Assembly (NCBI GenBank): GCA_051294905.1
Contig: CM119377.1
Location: 13,392,001 to 13,456,000, forward strand
Reading direction: 5' to 3'
DNA from: Botryllus schlosseri
Lineage: Eukaryota
Length of the DNA: 64,000 bases
Shown: positions 46,401 to 61,400 of the stretch, one piece after another
How the letters are laid out: each line of letters opens with the position of its first letter
How positions within the stretch are numbered: position 1 is the stretch's first letter
The notes under the pieces: generated by a model
Told to the model about the DNA's origin: nothing
Seen by the model: only the letters and a program-made list of their open reading frames with translations
Database searches by the model: none
Made by a program: the position numbers and the translations under genes

Positions 46401-49400
46401 AGTCATGGCTGTCAACGTTGGACTGTGAAATTTTTTACAGATTTGCGGTTGAATTTATGTAGGTGGCGGTGGAGAATTGACACCGGCTATCGCACGATGT
46501 CTTTTGAAATATACATCTAGGATTGACCAAAAACTGTCTACAAAGACACAAGGCGTCTTGGTAGTGTGATTAAATCGTTGCAATTAATAAACATTGGTCA
46601 TGATACGTGACAAATCAAACATGATGCCAAGGATAGAACTTTTTCATGACGCCACTAACAGCATATTAAATGCAGCGACTAATGATTCTAATTGACTGTT
46701 ACGGGTGCGTCACTGTTAAAAAACCTTTTGATGATTTCATTTTACCTCATTTCGCCTCAAAATAAAGTTCAATAGACATAGGCTACACATGATAGGGCAC
46801 CGTGATTGCGTTTTTCCGTCGCCGGTCTTGACTTGATATGACCTATTGCGACACCATGCGAATATCGGCGGACAGAGTTGATGAAGCACTTCTCCTCACA
46901 GCTGACTGCCCCCAATATTGCGTTACTACACTGTTACGTTAGTGTTTTAGTGTGAATAAAACGCTATTTCACAATATCTGCAATCACGCCTATTTTTAGG
47001 CCACTTAATATCTCTATTAGATCTCAATCTCACACTTCCTACAGCACAAATACATCTCTGACATTTTGCACATATAGTTGTAACTATACACCGTATGTAG
47101 GTCTCAGGTATATAAAACTATCCTCTACCGATCGACCTTAGTCCCCGTATTCCAACCAGTAGTAAATAGTGTACACCTCGAGCCCTCAGGACGAGTCTAA
47201 CTTAACGTAATTACAACATAATCAGCACAGACCTAGTCACTTCCTTATACGTATAACATAAGTCGCTTCATTATGCGAAGCTTAATTATAAAGTTGCGCT
47301 ACCTACGTCCGCATGGCCCAACGCCCCGTGATGCATTACCTGAAGTTATTTATGTAACGACCTGCTGGTGCAATGCATGGCGTGAGGTTATAGTTACGCG
47401 CCACGCTATCCACACGGTTCGGTAATGATATATTTACTCTCTGATTAAGATTCGCCGCCTAACGACATCCGTCAAAACAGAATATTATTACTGAAGACAT
47501 GACTCACAGCCTTTGTACATCGGCGTATCCTATAGCGCACGGTGATACCATCAAAGAGATGTACACAATGTAAATCGCTTTATGATTTCATTTTGAAGCG
47601 ACTTATGATAAGCCGACGTTAACTGTCCCTTGCCGTTAAGATCTCCCGCTAAAACAAACGTAGTAACGTGGACGTTAAACTACATTCCTATACTGCAGGG
47701 CACACGAGTGTATATAGAGCTGCTTGCGGTGTCTCTAGTTGATCTAAGCCAGTGTTGAGGTCTCATATATTCCCTTCCGTAATCACGATGGAAATACCTC
47801 ATCCTATATCTACGGAATTAGATAATCTAGATATAATTATTAGGATTTTTATCTTTTTTCCCTATCTCTTCCCATTGACCCCTGAGTCGCGATACACACA
47901 GCAATTTGTTATTACCGCAACGGCGAACGACCTTGCCTCTGCCCGCTCGAGCGACAAATGAATCGATAATTCCGAAGTGATATTTTCCGGAGTGGGCTTC
48001 CCAGACTCCGACCTGTCTCAGAAAAATTCGACACCAATCGCAGTTATTCCATCACAAAATGAGAGAGGCATATCAATTTTAATCATGGCATCATGCCGAA
48101 GATTTTGGTAAGCGGGTTCGTTTATTCTGGCGCTCCCCTTTTTCTCGCGAATCGCTCCTCTCTTAATATGCTCTCTCGTCGCGTACGATTTTCCCACTCT
48201 CCGTAGCGTAGGAATAATTAATCATCCTAATGAGAAGGAAAGAATAAATCGAGGAACAATCAGGACTTCCTACGCTATTTATGGACCTAATCGCCGCCGA
48301 GGCGTAGCTCTTAATGGATAACATGTTGCCTCTCGTTCCAACAGGCTGGGTATGCCGCTATATACCCAGTGTGTTTGCAATACAGCAATCTAGTAAACTG
48401 AGAAAAGTTCAAATTTGTCATTGCAAACAAGGAGTAAAATGATAAAAACTACCATTTTCCAAGAAAAAATGACAAGGAAACAGCAGTATACTTCCATAAT
48501 ATGCGTTACGATTAAGTATTGGTAATATACATGCCGATTTATATAAAACCTAGGGTTATAAATTTGTTCACAACTAGACATTTCGCCTCACGCCACCCCG
48601 AACGGCATGATGTAATGGCGTTTTAATCGTCCATAAAGTGGTACACATCATTTGTCACAGTTGGCGAAGCTATGACTCTCGGCGCAGATTTTCAGAAGGG
48701 CTTGTCATAGCGACTTAATGGTCATTTCTTAATAATCACGCGATAAGGGAATGGTTGATTGTGTTTGAATTACGGAAAGCTAATGAGTAATTTTCCATGA
48801 TGGGATTGTGATTGCTAGAGATTAATGATCGTCGCACCGTATTAACCCGGTTGCTGGCGTCGAAAGGTTCTGTCCACGAAATACCTCGTAAAATGACGCC
48901 CGTTGTACGGAGTAATGGCTGCATCGTCGATTTTATCAATCGGATTGGATAGTGAGAAAACCGATATTAACTGCAAGGATATCACACTCAACGAAAAGTA
49001 GTGCAAATAGCGTCTCAAAAAAGTTAGAAAAATTACAGATAATACCGTAAAAACCAGTAGCATATTGTACTCCCGACGCAATGAATTTCCACCATGTACG
49101 CAACGGAGAACCGGCCCCTCCGTTCTGACCTCTACCTGCACCAAATGCTAAATTTTATTTGCACTCACTCCCAGTCTATGCTAGACACTCAGCCTTGGCA
49201 GTTCGCCACTTGTTTCCAGTAATTTATATTATCAAGGCGACGCCGTGTAAGCAAAAATACTAGGACCGCATACCACATGCTGTTCGGAGCATGATTGAAG
49301 CAATTGAACAGAACATTGTACCCGAAGCGATAATTGAACATATTTCACTGGAATATCTATACACCGCAAGAATTTCGATATTGATTGTACCAGACCTGCA

Positions 49401-52400
49401 AGACGCTATCTACATGCTGTTTGTTGTGCTAATACAAGCACGCTAGTACGGAGAGGCTATCCAATTAGCATACATTGAATTAGCCGCTGCGTTAATTAAA
49501 TTATGTTGCAATCGGATTATTCCTTATGGAATTCAACAAAGACCAATCAAATTACGTCGCTACCTGCCTAAGTGCTTTCTGAAGCAGACGTCATGATCAC
49601 GCGCCGTTGCATAGGATACAGGCATTGCCATTCCCCGACTGAATCTATGGCGCATGCCACGACCAGAATGCTAAGGGTGAAGTTGACAATCAAGTATACT
49701 GCAACTGCATAGGTGCATCGCCGACGAACGCTAGATTAAGTGGTCGTGCATGCATCTCACCACACCGATTCATCAGTCGCCCGTACACATAAACAACTCA
49801 GCCCACGCCAATTTGCAAATGTTTTGTTGCCTGCCGGATGGCAGAGTTGTTACCGATCATTAGCGTCTGTTTCTGTTGACAGCGGGAGAAGCTAGCAAAC
49901 GCGTAATTAATATCCAGCGGCTCCTGTGTGATCACGATTTATCTAATCGCAGAATTAATCATAGCGCGTATCTTCCGTCATTGTGAATTAATAATCGGCA
50001 AATCTACATTTCATAAGACGGTTAGGCCTGATTGAAGGGCTGGGCACCTCCTACGCCACCAGAATTCCAGTTATACGACCCAAATCAATATTTCAAATTC
50101 GTTACCCAAAACCTAAACAATGTAGCGCTGCACAAAAAGTTCCTTCCCTCATACTACATGGTTAGTTGATTACGATGTTGTGATAAAGCCAATCGAGGTT
50201 TCAGCTCTTACGGTCAGAAGATATAGCGGAGAAATTATGTTTTCTATTCATGAAATAGTGATTTGTCACAAGGGGAGTGTGATTTCGGTACTCGAAAACA
50301 GACCCTTACTACTCGAAGCAAATAATTACCAGAGACTCGGATTCGAGTATACTCATATCGTTGTGTCAAGCCCTACTGGTTAGTCTAGCAAGTAAGCACG
50401 GCATCGCGGGGTTTCACTTAATATCTTATCTAGTTAACCCTTCGAACGGCAGGTTGTCTTATGTCTACTCTGATGGATGGGAGTGACATTTGAAGAACGA
50501 ATCATATTTTTTTGCGATATTATTACTTTTCCTCGCTCCAACACATCCAGATAGCAATGTAGTGTGCAAACGGTTTGGCACTCGTTAGGATTAGATATCT
50601 AATTCACGTCGCTGCTAAATAGTACTTCCGCCTATCCATCCAACGCAAGCATTCTCGCACGCGGAAATAAGAAGCACGCTCTTAAATAGATGAACTTTTA
50701 TGCGAGACCAATCGTGTGATTATGCTCAGTAGACAATGCGAAGAGTTAATTTCTTCCTATTTCCCGTACGAATTGTCACTCGGTTTCGTCACGGCATAAT
50801 TAATATTAGTAGTCTGGGAGGTTTCTAAGGCTTCATTAAAGGACTTCCCCGGAGCCAGTTTTCGTGCAACGTACGCTAGTACATCTAAAGGGCGATTAAT
50901 GAGATACTATTGTTTCACAAACAACCACACACGTGACATGACCAATGGTCATTGACTGCATTTTCGACAAGTATAATTAACCCTCCGGGTCAAGTGCGTT
51001 TCGCTTGCGACTTGCGTCTGCAAAGATTGCATTGTCAATAGCATTACCAAGCGGATGAGTAGATCACATGGAGATTTGGCGGCGTTAAAATTATTTTGAC
51101 ATTTAGGGTATAGATGCATTTCATTCATAGATTGAGATATTGCTAGGTCAGATACTGCTACTACACACTCGACCAGCATCAGAAGATAATCATTGATAAA
51201 ATACCAAAAATCGTAGCGGGCTCGCGTATACCAAAGATTTATATTGGTGTAGTATATCCCACCATTCCAGCACTGTTCGACGTGGATTAACTAATCAATG
51301 TACCAAAAACCCATGAAAATATCTTACAATATTGTAAGAGTGCGGTGTTTATATTACTGGACGATATGATAGTGTTATGTTCTTGACCCCAAATGGGGTC
51401 GCGACGCAAGCTTGACAAGGCCTGGTCTATAGTTAACGGATGATGTTCTTGATTTACCATCACGGAATGCGTACCTGTGACAGTCATTCCGATGATAATA
51501 CGCGAATGAGGCACAACAACACAACAACTTCACTGACATAGTTCCCAGCTCGTCAAACCTTACGACGGCATGAACTCTGGACAAAGCAATCAAGTCGTCC
51601 AAATTCATCAGACCGTTATCTAGTTTTGCGCACCTGTAATAGCAGGTGTTGTTGAGTGCCTCTACGATTTCCGATTCTGCCAGATTCTCCACCTAAAACG
51701 TCCAGTCAACCGCGTCGCGGGGCGCCGGCGACATTTTATTTTCCGTGTATGTTTACCTAATTAATCGGACCGCCGGTAAATTAAACGTATGACTGATGGA
51801 AAACGGTCAGGAATCATAAACACTCATTCCTGATGAACACAGCTTCGCGAACAAAGCCTTAATTGCACAATCCTATAATTACAAGCGCTGTAATACGGGT
51901 TCGAATTTTACCAAGAGACTATACGGTACCGGGAAAGCGCCTCATTATTAGATGCTGCTACTCGAGTAGAAGTAGAAGTGAAGCCACAAATTTCTACTCA
52001 ATTACAGGTTGAAGTAGACTCTTGGAGGTACAGAGCTTCAATCTACAATTGAATAATAAATTCATATTAAAATATACTCGAATATTCTGGACTGACACTC
52101 ATTAGGGATCATCGTTAGCGACTATTGGAGTATTAAAAAGATAATTGAATACCAACAACCACAACCGTATAATACTTGGTGGCGATTAATTGGCGGTGGC
52201 TACTTTCAGTATTGCAAGATGCACCATCACGACGGTATACGGTACAATTATCGATATAATATACTCGGCAGTTACAATGATGGCTATTTTACGTGGTGCG
52301 ACTGGTGCCCATGACGATGTCACACATGAAACTGATACAAACTAACCCCGAATTTACTTTCGACTATTCAAAATCAAAAGAGTAAAACTTCAGTAGTTTT

Positions 52401-55400
52401 GCCGAAAACTATTCCAGCAGAAGTGGCATTAGTAGTCAAAAACATATCCATGTGAGTAGGCACAGCAAGTCAGCAAACCCTACAAGTGCGTCGTTACTGA
52501 ATGCCCTTATACATAACGTGAGGGGGCATTACATGCAACCTAATAGATGAATTTGCTTGATACCGAATGGGGTATAGATGACAAACGTCGGATTCGGATA
52601 CAAAACCTAGGAGTTCTCCAGATTTTGATACTATTACCATCCTAACGCCCTAGCTATATTTGACGTCACGAAGTAACAATGACTGCCTCTTCGCGTGCTC
52701 GGCGCGTCAGAACTGCTACACGCACAATTAGAATAGATGCAGAGCTTAGAGAAAAACATATGATCACTTTCTTCGGAGCACGTGAATAATAGCGAACAGG
52801 ACGGATTTAATTGCCATACTCTTGTTATTCACATTCCGGTACGCGTACTCAAGGCAAATTTATTTCCTCCTTCGCATCACTGGCGGCAAAACTAATCACC
52901 AGGATATGAAACACCGTGCAGCACCATGCATGGAACGGCAACGGATGCAGTATACACTGTGTGACCAATTGGAATTGGTAAGTGTGCTAGTGTATCGAAG
53001 AGCGCATCATCCATAGTCAGCTATTAGGATTGGAATTTGCTAGGCTAATGAATCAGCCCCATTGCGACCACTGCGTCGCAAATTCCAACGGCTTCTTCAC
53101 TTCAGAATCTAAAGCGCATAAGCACAATACACGTGCGTCCTCGTCGTCCAGTATGTCCGGCACGAATTAAAATATAAAATAGAGCCGGGTCCTACGATAA
53201 GTATCGTATGCCCCGATAGAGCGCTTCTCTCTATCAAGTATGACGGACCATGGGTATGGAATAGTATTTTGCCGCTGATAAGACAGTCGCCGAGCATATC
53301 CATTTTCCACATTCAAGTATAAATACAAGCAGATTCCACTGAATGCACACTATAGTCTACACTCGAAATTACAACATCGCGATCTGACATATCTATTATC
53401 TACCGACACATGTCACTCCATTTTCATGGCTTATCCTTTTTATGTCATTTTCTGTTATTTTTAATTGAGTGTCCAATACTCTTGTTCCTCAGTTCTTGAC
53501 TAAGGTGAGTGTTTGATTGAAAGACTAACCCAAGTCGATTCGACTCCTTCCTATCTTTTCGTTTTGTCGCAATCTTGTGGTGTTTTGAAATGATAAAATT
53601 TGAAGATACTGAACTGAACAATAAGGTGGGTTGCCCGACATATGAGCATGCGACACAATCAAAAACGACACTTCAGCATGTGACTTTATAACCTAAAAAC
53701 TTACCATAACCCGAAACATAGCCCTAAAATTACCCCTTATATATATCGTAACCCCATGCCTAACCCTGACCCAACTACAAATCCAGCCCCGTCCTACCCC
53801 TAACCATGAATTTAACCCACATGCTCATGTGTCGCATGCCAAATTGTCGCGTGCCGAAGTGTCGCAAGCTCACATGTCCACGGACCCAATAAGGTACCGA
53901 CCATTGATCAGATGATCAGTCTGTACAAAGTTACAATATGTGCACAATGTAAAGCAAAATTCCCAAAGCAGTCGTAATATCAGGCCATGCTGTATGCCGC
54001 GACGCGGAGAGCACATTGCGAGCGTGACTTAAATTCCCTCAGAATATAAAATGCAGAGCATGGAGTAACGCCCCCCTCGCCGATATGGCATAAACACCGC
54101 ACGGCAAGTCTGGCTGCGCCAATTTTCGTCCGATGCATATTTGTACACTCAATTACGCCCCGGTTATGATGAAGAAAATTAAGTACGTTATTACACAGCG
54201 CGCTTATGAATAATTCAGCGTTTTGAAACGCACAAAATTAGGTCTTATTGAGGTCGGGAATCGTGTCAAGCACCCTTGGGATAATAGTTTCCGTATGAGT
54301 ACATACGCAGGGACGTCCGGCACGTATGATTTCACGTTGGAACTCAGCCCCGTCTACAAATCTTGAAAGGATTTTGAAATCAAGCCGGGTCCACTCGCAC
54401 GTTTCTGATGATGGAATTATTTTCCTGACTCCGACACGGAATTGAAAACCTGTTTGATTCGATTAATCTATAGGGAATCACCGTATTCTGCCGAGTGGCA
54501 TCGTAGGATTTATTGAATATGGTATTAGAGCGAGTCGGTCGACAGACCACCGTAATGGTATGACAGTGATAATATGCGCTTTAATTGCGGCGCCTCATGG
54601 GGAAATAAACTCATTAGCGCTGTACGCGAGGGTCAACCAGACCTATGTTACAGATTAATAGCTCCTTAACGCGAAATTAGATTGGGATTGATCGGATGGT
54701 AATGTATTAGTTCTAGCGTTGCTGAACAGGTTCGATATCTGACTGCGTTCCGTTCGCCCCGGAAGCATAAATATAGGTGCTAAACTGTAAGTACAGAAGT
54801 GGAAAATAAGTGCATCTACCAGATTTCCAGCGAACGAAGCGAAAGCTGCACACACAAAAAGAAGATCAAGAATTGATCCATTCGATATGTAACGACCGTT
54901 TACGCCGCTGTGAGCGGCTTTTTCGTTTCAGTTCAAGATTAAATAACAAAGTGTTCAGTATATATCGCTCTGTTCGTCACCTTGAATCACGCGTGGTTTC
55001 GTGACATCGTTACTGGGGCCTAAATAGCAACGTTTCTATGAATTATGAAGGCGCGCGCGGACTAATGTAACGTTATATAGTCGTGGGGACAAATTATTGA
55101 TATCATAGTCGGCTCTTCCCCACACCGACTTTCGCTTCACAAATTATATAACCCGCCACCCATAAGCATACCGTGTTTGAAATTTACCAAATTACTGAAA
55201 ATAGCATAGGGAACGACCACCAACACAGCCCGGTTTAGTGCCTTTGCGCGTTCTCAATCAACAGAAGATGTCATTAGCTCCCGCAGTCACGCAAAACAAG
55301 CGCGGTTATATATAGGCAAGTAACTCTTCCTACTTCATCTCAAGGTTGACGCGTAATTAGTACCATATTCGCAGCAAGAAACGCTCCCAAATCGATGTCA

Positions 55401-58400
55401 CAGCTCATGGAAAGTCATTCGTGCGTTGAGAGCGGTTTGTTTCTGGTAATGACAGAGTGTTGGAGTGGCGTGACTTCGGGAAAAGGGCCCGAGCGTTGCA
55501 TGAAATTAAAGCGTCACCTCGTCATAACTCCGTTGAACTTGAGGAGTTAGTTACGCGTGAAAAGAATTTCCTAAAACGGTGGTGGCAACGCGCCGAGTCT
55601 TTCACGACGTGTCACCTTTCACATTTTAGTTACCATTTAAAACTTTTAATTTGGTTTATCCAAAAAATCAAAATTGATACTTATTGAATTCATTCATCCG
55701 AATCTTGCAACATATTATAAGCTTGAATTTGGTTTATCACACAAAGCTAAATTGCTACTCATGCAATTCTTACATCTGAATCTTGCATTTTTGCTGTGGT
55801 TATTTAATGCCTATTAGTTAATTGTTATCTGCTTGAACATGTTCCACGTTTGCGCATAATTATGCCTCAACGATGCAGCCTCATAAGGCTACGCAAACCA
55901 CACCAAACCACATTGCATTCTGGTAACATTGGCTACTGTACAGTGTACATCCGTGAGTCGGTTGCATCTAATCATTTGAGAGTGCTGCTCTTCCGCTAGA
56001 TGGCATGAGAGGCGAATGACGTACGTAAGTTGAATAACGCGGGTTTGGACGGAGTTCAATCGATATGCTCAGAAAGTCGGAAGACAACGAGATTACAACG
56101 TGAAAATACTGTGAAGCGGCATCTTAAACAGAACATTCACCATACCTGAGTCGTGTAATTGCATATTCGACATAAGTAGCCGTCGGTCTGTGATTTGGTC
56201 ACCCATTCGGACTCGTCCAGAGTATTTCTCGAATAGCGCGGGGTGCGGACGTGAGTGCAAAACGACTCCAAATCGTTGCACGAAAAATTACAGCAGATCC
56301 CGCACGTGAACAGATATTGGTCGGATGTCGATTCTGGATTCTGAGCAAGGAAAACATGAAGTTTTTCACACGCTATGACTTCATAAAACCACCACTAAAC
56401 CATGGAACCAGATGCGATTCATCAGTACGGCCTGTCCCTATTATTACAGTACATTATCACATACCTCAGCTGCATCTGGCAGTATTTAGAATGAAACCAG
56501 GCCAGTTAATACTTATATACTATTGATGTCAACTCAAGTTTTTACATGCAAATAAGGCTATCACGTGATATATCTTTAGCTCCGTGGTGACCATTTCGAT
56601 GATAACGGGAGGTGATAAATCAGCAAGAAAGCTCTTACAGTGCAGTTTGCAATGGATGATGTAGATTCAGTCGATGCTATCATTCTATTTTAATTCAATT
56701 ACAGCCGGTGTTGAGTCATATCGATATTCTTGATAATCATGTAATGAGATATTAGTCTTTCATTACTGGATAGACGTAAAAATAGGTCACCCGTAATTAG
56801 TTCAACTGCCTCGCGGGCCGTAAGTAGTTTTGATCGCAATGAAGCGTAATACACTCACGTTCATGTCGTGCATGCTAATGTCGGCTCCATCCGTCAGTTT
56901 TGCGGCAGGGTTGGTGAACCGATCTTGAGACAAAACGTTACGAAAAAGCTGCATTTGCTGCTGCATCAGGAGCTGCTGTTGGATTAGAGACGAAGCCGAC
57001 CCCGCGTCATTGGCTCCCGCAAATTGCGACATCATTTGCTGGTACTGCTGCGCCACTAGCAGCTGCTGATGGGCGAGGAACTGCTTCTCTCTCTCTTTCG
57101 AATTTTCCTGGGCTTCGCCGCCTGGTGACTGCATTGGATTTTGCATCGAAGCAAGGTAATAGTACAGAGCGGCCAATGGGTTGTTTTGATCCTGGTCCGG
57201 ATTTGATGATGGCCTTTCGGACTTGAAATCGTCCTCGTTGTTCGCCTCGCGTTTGATTACTTTCTGAGACTCGAACCTTCCGTGGGGTATACCGGACAAG
57301 GCCATGTTGTTTGAGTGCTTCTCGCTTTGCATGTGGATGCGCAAATTGCGTGGTATGTCGGTCTCGTAGTTACACACGTCACAGCGCCACATCTGGCGAC
57401 GGCTGCCGCTGGACGCGGTTGGCGAGGGTGTGTCTTTTAGTCGTTTTGCAGACGGCGACGAGTCCGATGGTTGATGCTTGGTCGTCTGGAAAGAACTCTA
57501 ATTAGCTCGACTTGACCAGAATGCAACGATTTCTAGACTTCATGCAAATTTGTCATGTAGTAAACGAAAGTCGTGTACAATCAACACTCAGATTAGGACC
57601 CAATGTACCGTGCACATGACCCATTTCAGAGCCTATCGTAACTTCAAAATGTTCTCCAACCATGGTATCCATTAAGTTTGCATCACATTGTATTCAAAAA
57701 GGTTTGTGCCCAGTGCCCATCCCCCAGTTGAAACCTCTGGTGCTCACCCACTTTGACCATGCGAGTTATGCAATGATCGACTTAAAATTATCAACATAAT
57801 TTATTTCCTTAGCATGTTTCAGCTTTGCACGGTATTGAATCACCCAGATCACAATCCTTAGGGTAACTGCTGAGTGCTGACAGCCAGCCTGGAGCTAATC
57901 AAAATATGAGACGGATGATAGGCTGGGGCAGTGGTGTAATTAATTATTTGATCGATCGCTAATCACGATCAGCCAGTGATCACAGCAACGTATTCAGCAC
58001 TCAAAGTGTGAGCGTTTGATTCATAATTAGAAATAAATTAATTGGTAACAGCATCAGTCATCTTGACCCTACCTCTATCAACACCTATTCCTACATCTTT
58101 TAGAGTATTATGTACAAAAACGAATCGTGGAAATATCGTTTGCTAAACCACATTCTGCGTTTCATTTATGCAAAAGGAATAATGAACCAATACCCCTTTT
58201 TGATTAAAAGCAAGATCATCAATATGGACAGTGGGCACAGCATGCTATTTGGGATTATTAAAATATTCTGTTACATTGAATTTAAGCCAAGTCAAAATGT
58301 TACAGCCTAAACACGCCTAGTTACATGCATCTCAAACCTGTTGCTGCCTGTAATTACGGTACTGATCTCGAAATATTACCGGCGACGAGCTGGCGTCGGC

Positions 58401-61400
58401 GATGTTGCTTGGCGCGTTTCCGCCGGCTCTTTCCTTGTCATGGTGTTGACGTTGGTGCTGCATCGTCTTGACGTTGTACAGGTGCTTGTCCGATTGCATG
58501 TGAATGCTCAGGTTGCCTTTTGTGGTCGTTGAATAGTTGCAGACTTCGCATTTGAACGGCTGAAAGCAATGTGCGATCGTTCAGTATTCGTTACACGGTG
58601 CCAATTCACCAATAGAGGTGGTCAAAGTAGTCTGCGTGGCTACTCAAGAGCGGAGAGGTAAGGTGGAGAAATACCAGACTCTGCATATCGTGCGATGGGC
58701 AAAATCACGAACAAAGATGGATGAGATACGTATCGCCGGTATAGTGCTGGGTTGGCGAGGATCTTGGGAGGTCGCAAGCGCGGAAGAGCTGATCAAATCT
58801 GTAGGCACGAAAGGGTGCATGGTGAAGCCCCGAGTGCTACGACGCGATTCATGGGTGAAGTATTACACTTGATTTTGCAGACCAAAGCGAATAAGGCATG
58901 GGTAGGTCAAATTGCATTTGCATGGTGTACAAGGGGAGCATGCGACCGAATTAGCGCAGCAATGTATTACTGCACTAGACCTTTATAAGCAATAAACCCC
59001 TGGAAATAGAAAAAAATGACGCAAGTATCCGCTAAATTACGACTAGAAACACAAACAGAATTTCTGAAATTGCAAAACGCATTTTAGCGGCTAACCCAAA
59101 AGAACAGTATAAATAGGTGCGATTTCTTAAAAGTATTTGCGATTTCCTTGATACTGGAACTATTGTGACCGATTGCTATGACAACTCCACTTATACTTGA
59201 GTAAGTAAAGTAACAGTAGGCGAATTCTACTAGAGTATGCCAAAAAGAGGAATTTCTACGTTACTGGTTTGATCACCTAATAGGGATTATAAATTCGTTG
59301 ACCAGATTTTTTTATCAGCGTTAATGTCGTCGGAATTGAATGAAATATACTTCAAAAATGATCGGGACCAGTCCAGATTCCAGATCTATAGTAGGACATG
59401 GGATAATGTCGATGAACATGATGTACAGTCTCCCTACGTACTGACTCGGACCCACGATATCACATGTGCCATACCACATGTATCATACGAAATATCTTCT
59501 TGCCCGCGAAAATCGAAACCATGCCTCCTTTGCATAAAAAGCCGCAACGACAAGAAAGGCGAACGCAAGTTCCTGACATAAGGCCTCATTTACTAACAGC
59601 GTGGTTAGAAAACTCTAATTAGTCTCTACTGCAGCTTTAAATGACATTGGTATTGATTACTCGGCGATGAATTCCCTACACACCTCACCGTCACACTAGA
59701 TTGCAAGCAGACAATACGCAAGATTCAACTATAGCATTTTGGTGCGAGCGATGTATCATTAGACTGACCGAATAGTTGTCGGCCAGACCCCCATACTAAA
59801 CAATATCGATTTTTTTGTAATCAAACATTACCACAATTACTAGCACAACCTTATCAAAAACGGATCACAACGTCACATCCCCTCTTGAATATTCAAGTCG
59901 AATCGTATCCACAGGCACAGCCCCCACGATCAACTCAACATTAACAGCCCGAAGCTTCATAAGAATCATATATCGCTACATCATCCGGCAATCAGCGAGT
60001 GTCTTAGTTAATCAGTAGCCGACTTGAAAATCCTTATTACACTACGCAGAGCAGGGTAATTTAATCGCTTGATTTGTGCAAACAGTCAGACAACTTGGCA
60101 ACGCTCATTACTTCCAATTCGTTGACACAAAATAATTAGCACAGTTGACATTAGTTTATGGCTGCGATACAGCCGTTACCGACGTTTCGTATAGGGTAAT
60201 GGGTACATACCTTGTATCCACACGCGTAGCTTTCTCCGCGAGAGAGACGGGGGTGCGGTTGGTTTGTGTTGCAATAAAGACAGTCGCTCGTCTCGTCTGC
60301 GTGTTTCTCTCTCATGTGCGCGTCCAGTGTTTGTCTGTTGGAAAATTTACGCCTTTCAATCATCTTGCAACGGCTGTTTATTCCGTTTTTACGACGTTAA
60401 TTCACGCTATCCTTATCTTTAATCACATCCTAAGCGAGGTGACTATGTGATAAATATTTTGGAAGTTATTCGTCACATATTACAGCTCTATACAGCGTTT
60501 TGATGACGAGAAACGCTCATTTTCGAGAATCAATCCTAAATTCTCAAAACACGTTCTCGAGAGTCGAACACATGTGGAAGGATTGTCGTACCCTTCTTTG
60601 AATCGCTTGGTAGGACCATAGCCACGAAGCAACACGGCACCGTGGACCTCTGGCATTTTTGACTCCGACATTATGACATCTGTTATAAAAAGATTCATCG
60701 AATCCATGATGTTACCGAATTGTTCGAACACCCCCGCCCCCCCCCCAAAAAAAAGCAAAAGGAAATGTAACTCATAAATTTCCATCCTGGTTATTCAATG
60801 TCATATAGTAGATAACCGTTTCATTCTTTCTCAACAAATAATAGTTAGATGTTAAATACATCAAGGTAAACATAGATGCTAGTTTGTTACTAGCAACTTA
60901 ATACAACCAAATATATCAATTTCTGTTCATGGCAATATGTTTTTTATGGACTTCGATCTTCATTTTCGCCAGACTCGCGTAAAATTTTCGTAAAATTATT
61001 TCATCCTGTTAGATGTTCAACAAAAGAAGGTAAGCATAGATGCTTGTTTAGTTAGAAAGACATCTACCCGATACTGGCCAATCGAATCCGAAGACCAATA
61101 GAAATTCATTGGCTATGGTGTTACTAGGATCCGATTACGAAGTGCATGCATGCATTATACTTTCTCCACCGAAAAGAGGCCGACAGTGTTCAAATCAGTC
61201 ACCTGTATTTGTAATGCCAATTGCATTTGGGACATTTGAGCGTCTTGCACGAATTCCTGGATTGGAAAAGTGACATTTGAAACATGGGATCGAGATTAGT
61301 GACTCCACCGATTCCGCCGAACATAGATTCTTTTGACTTTGTTGATCCCTGTTAATGGATATATGTTGTTGATGGGGGTGCACTTGCGCTACTAACTCAA

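Noticed and set aside
47905-48012. Candidate exon [16 protein letters not shown], superficially like the LGLHMNVER finger
   Set aside because: The true homologous exon is at 56340-56146, and this candidate's phase does not fit.
48842-49144. 100 aa minus-strand ORF after a tgcag acceptor
   Set aside because: No usable donor, no homology, and not needed for the ZFHX frame.
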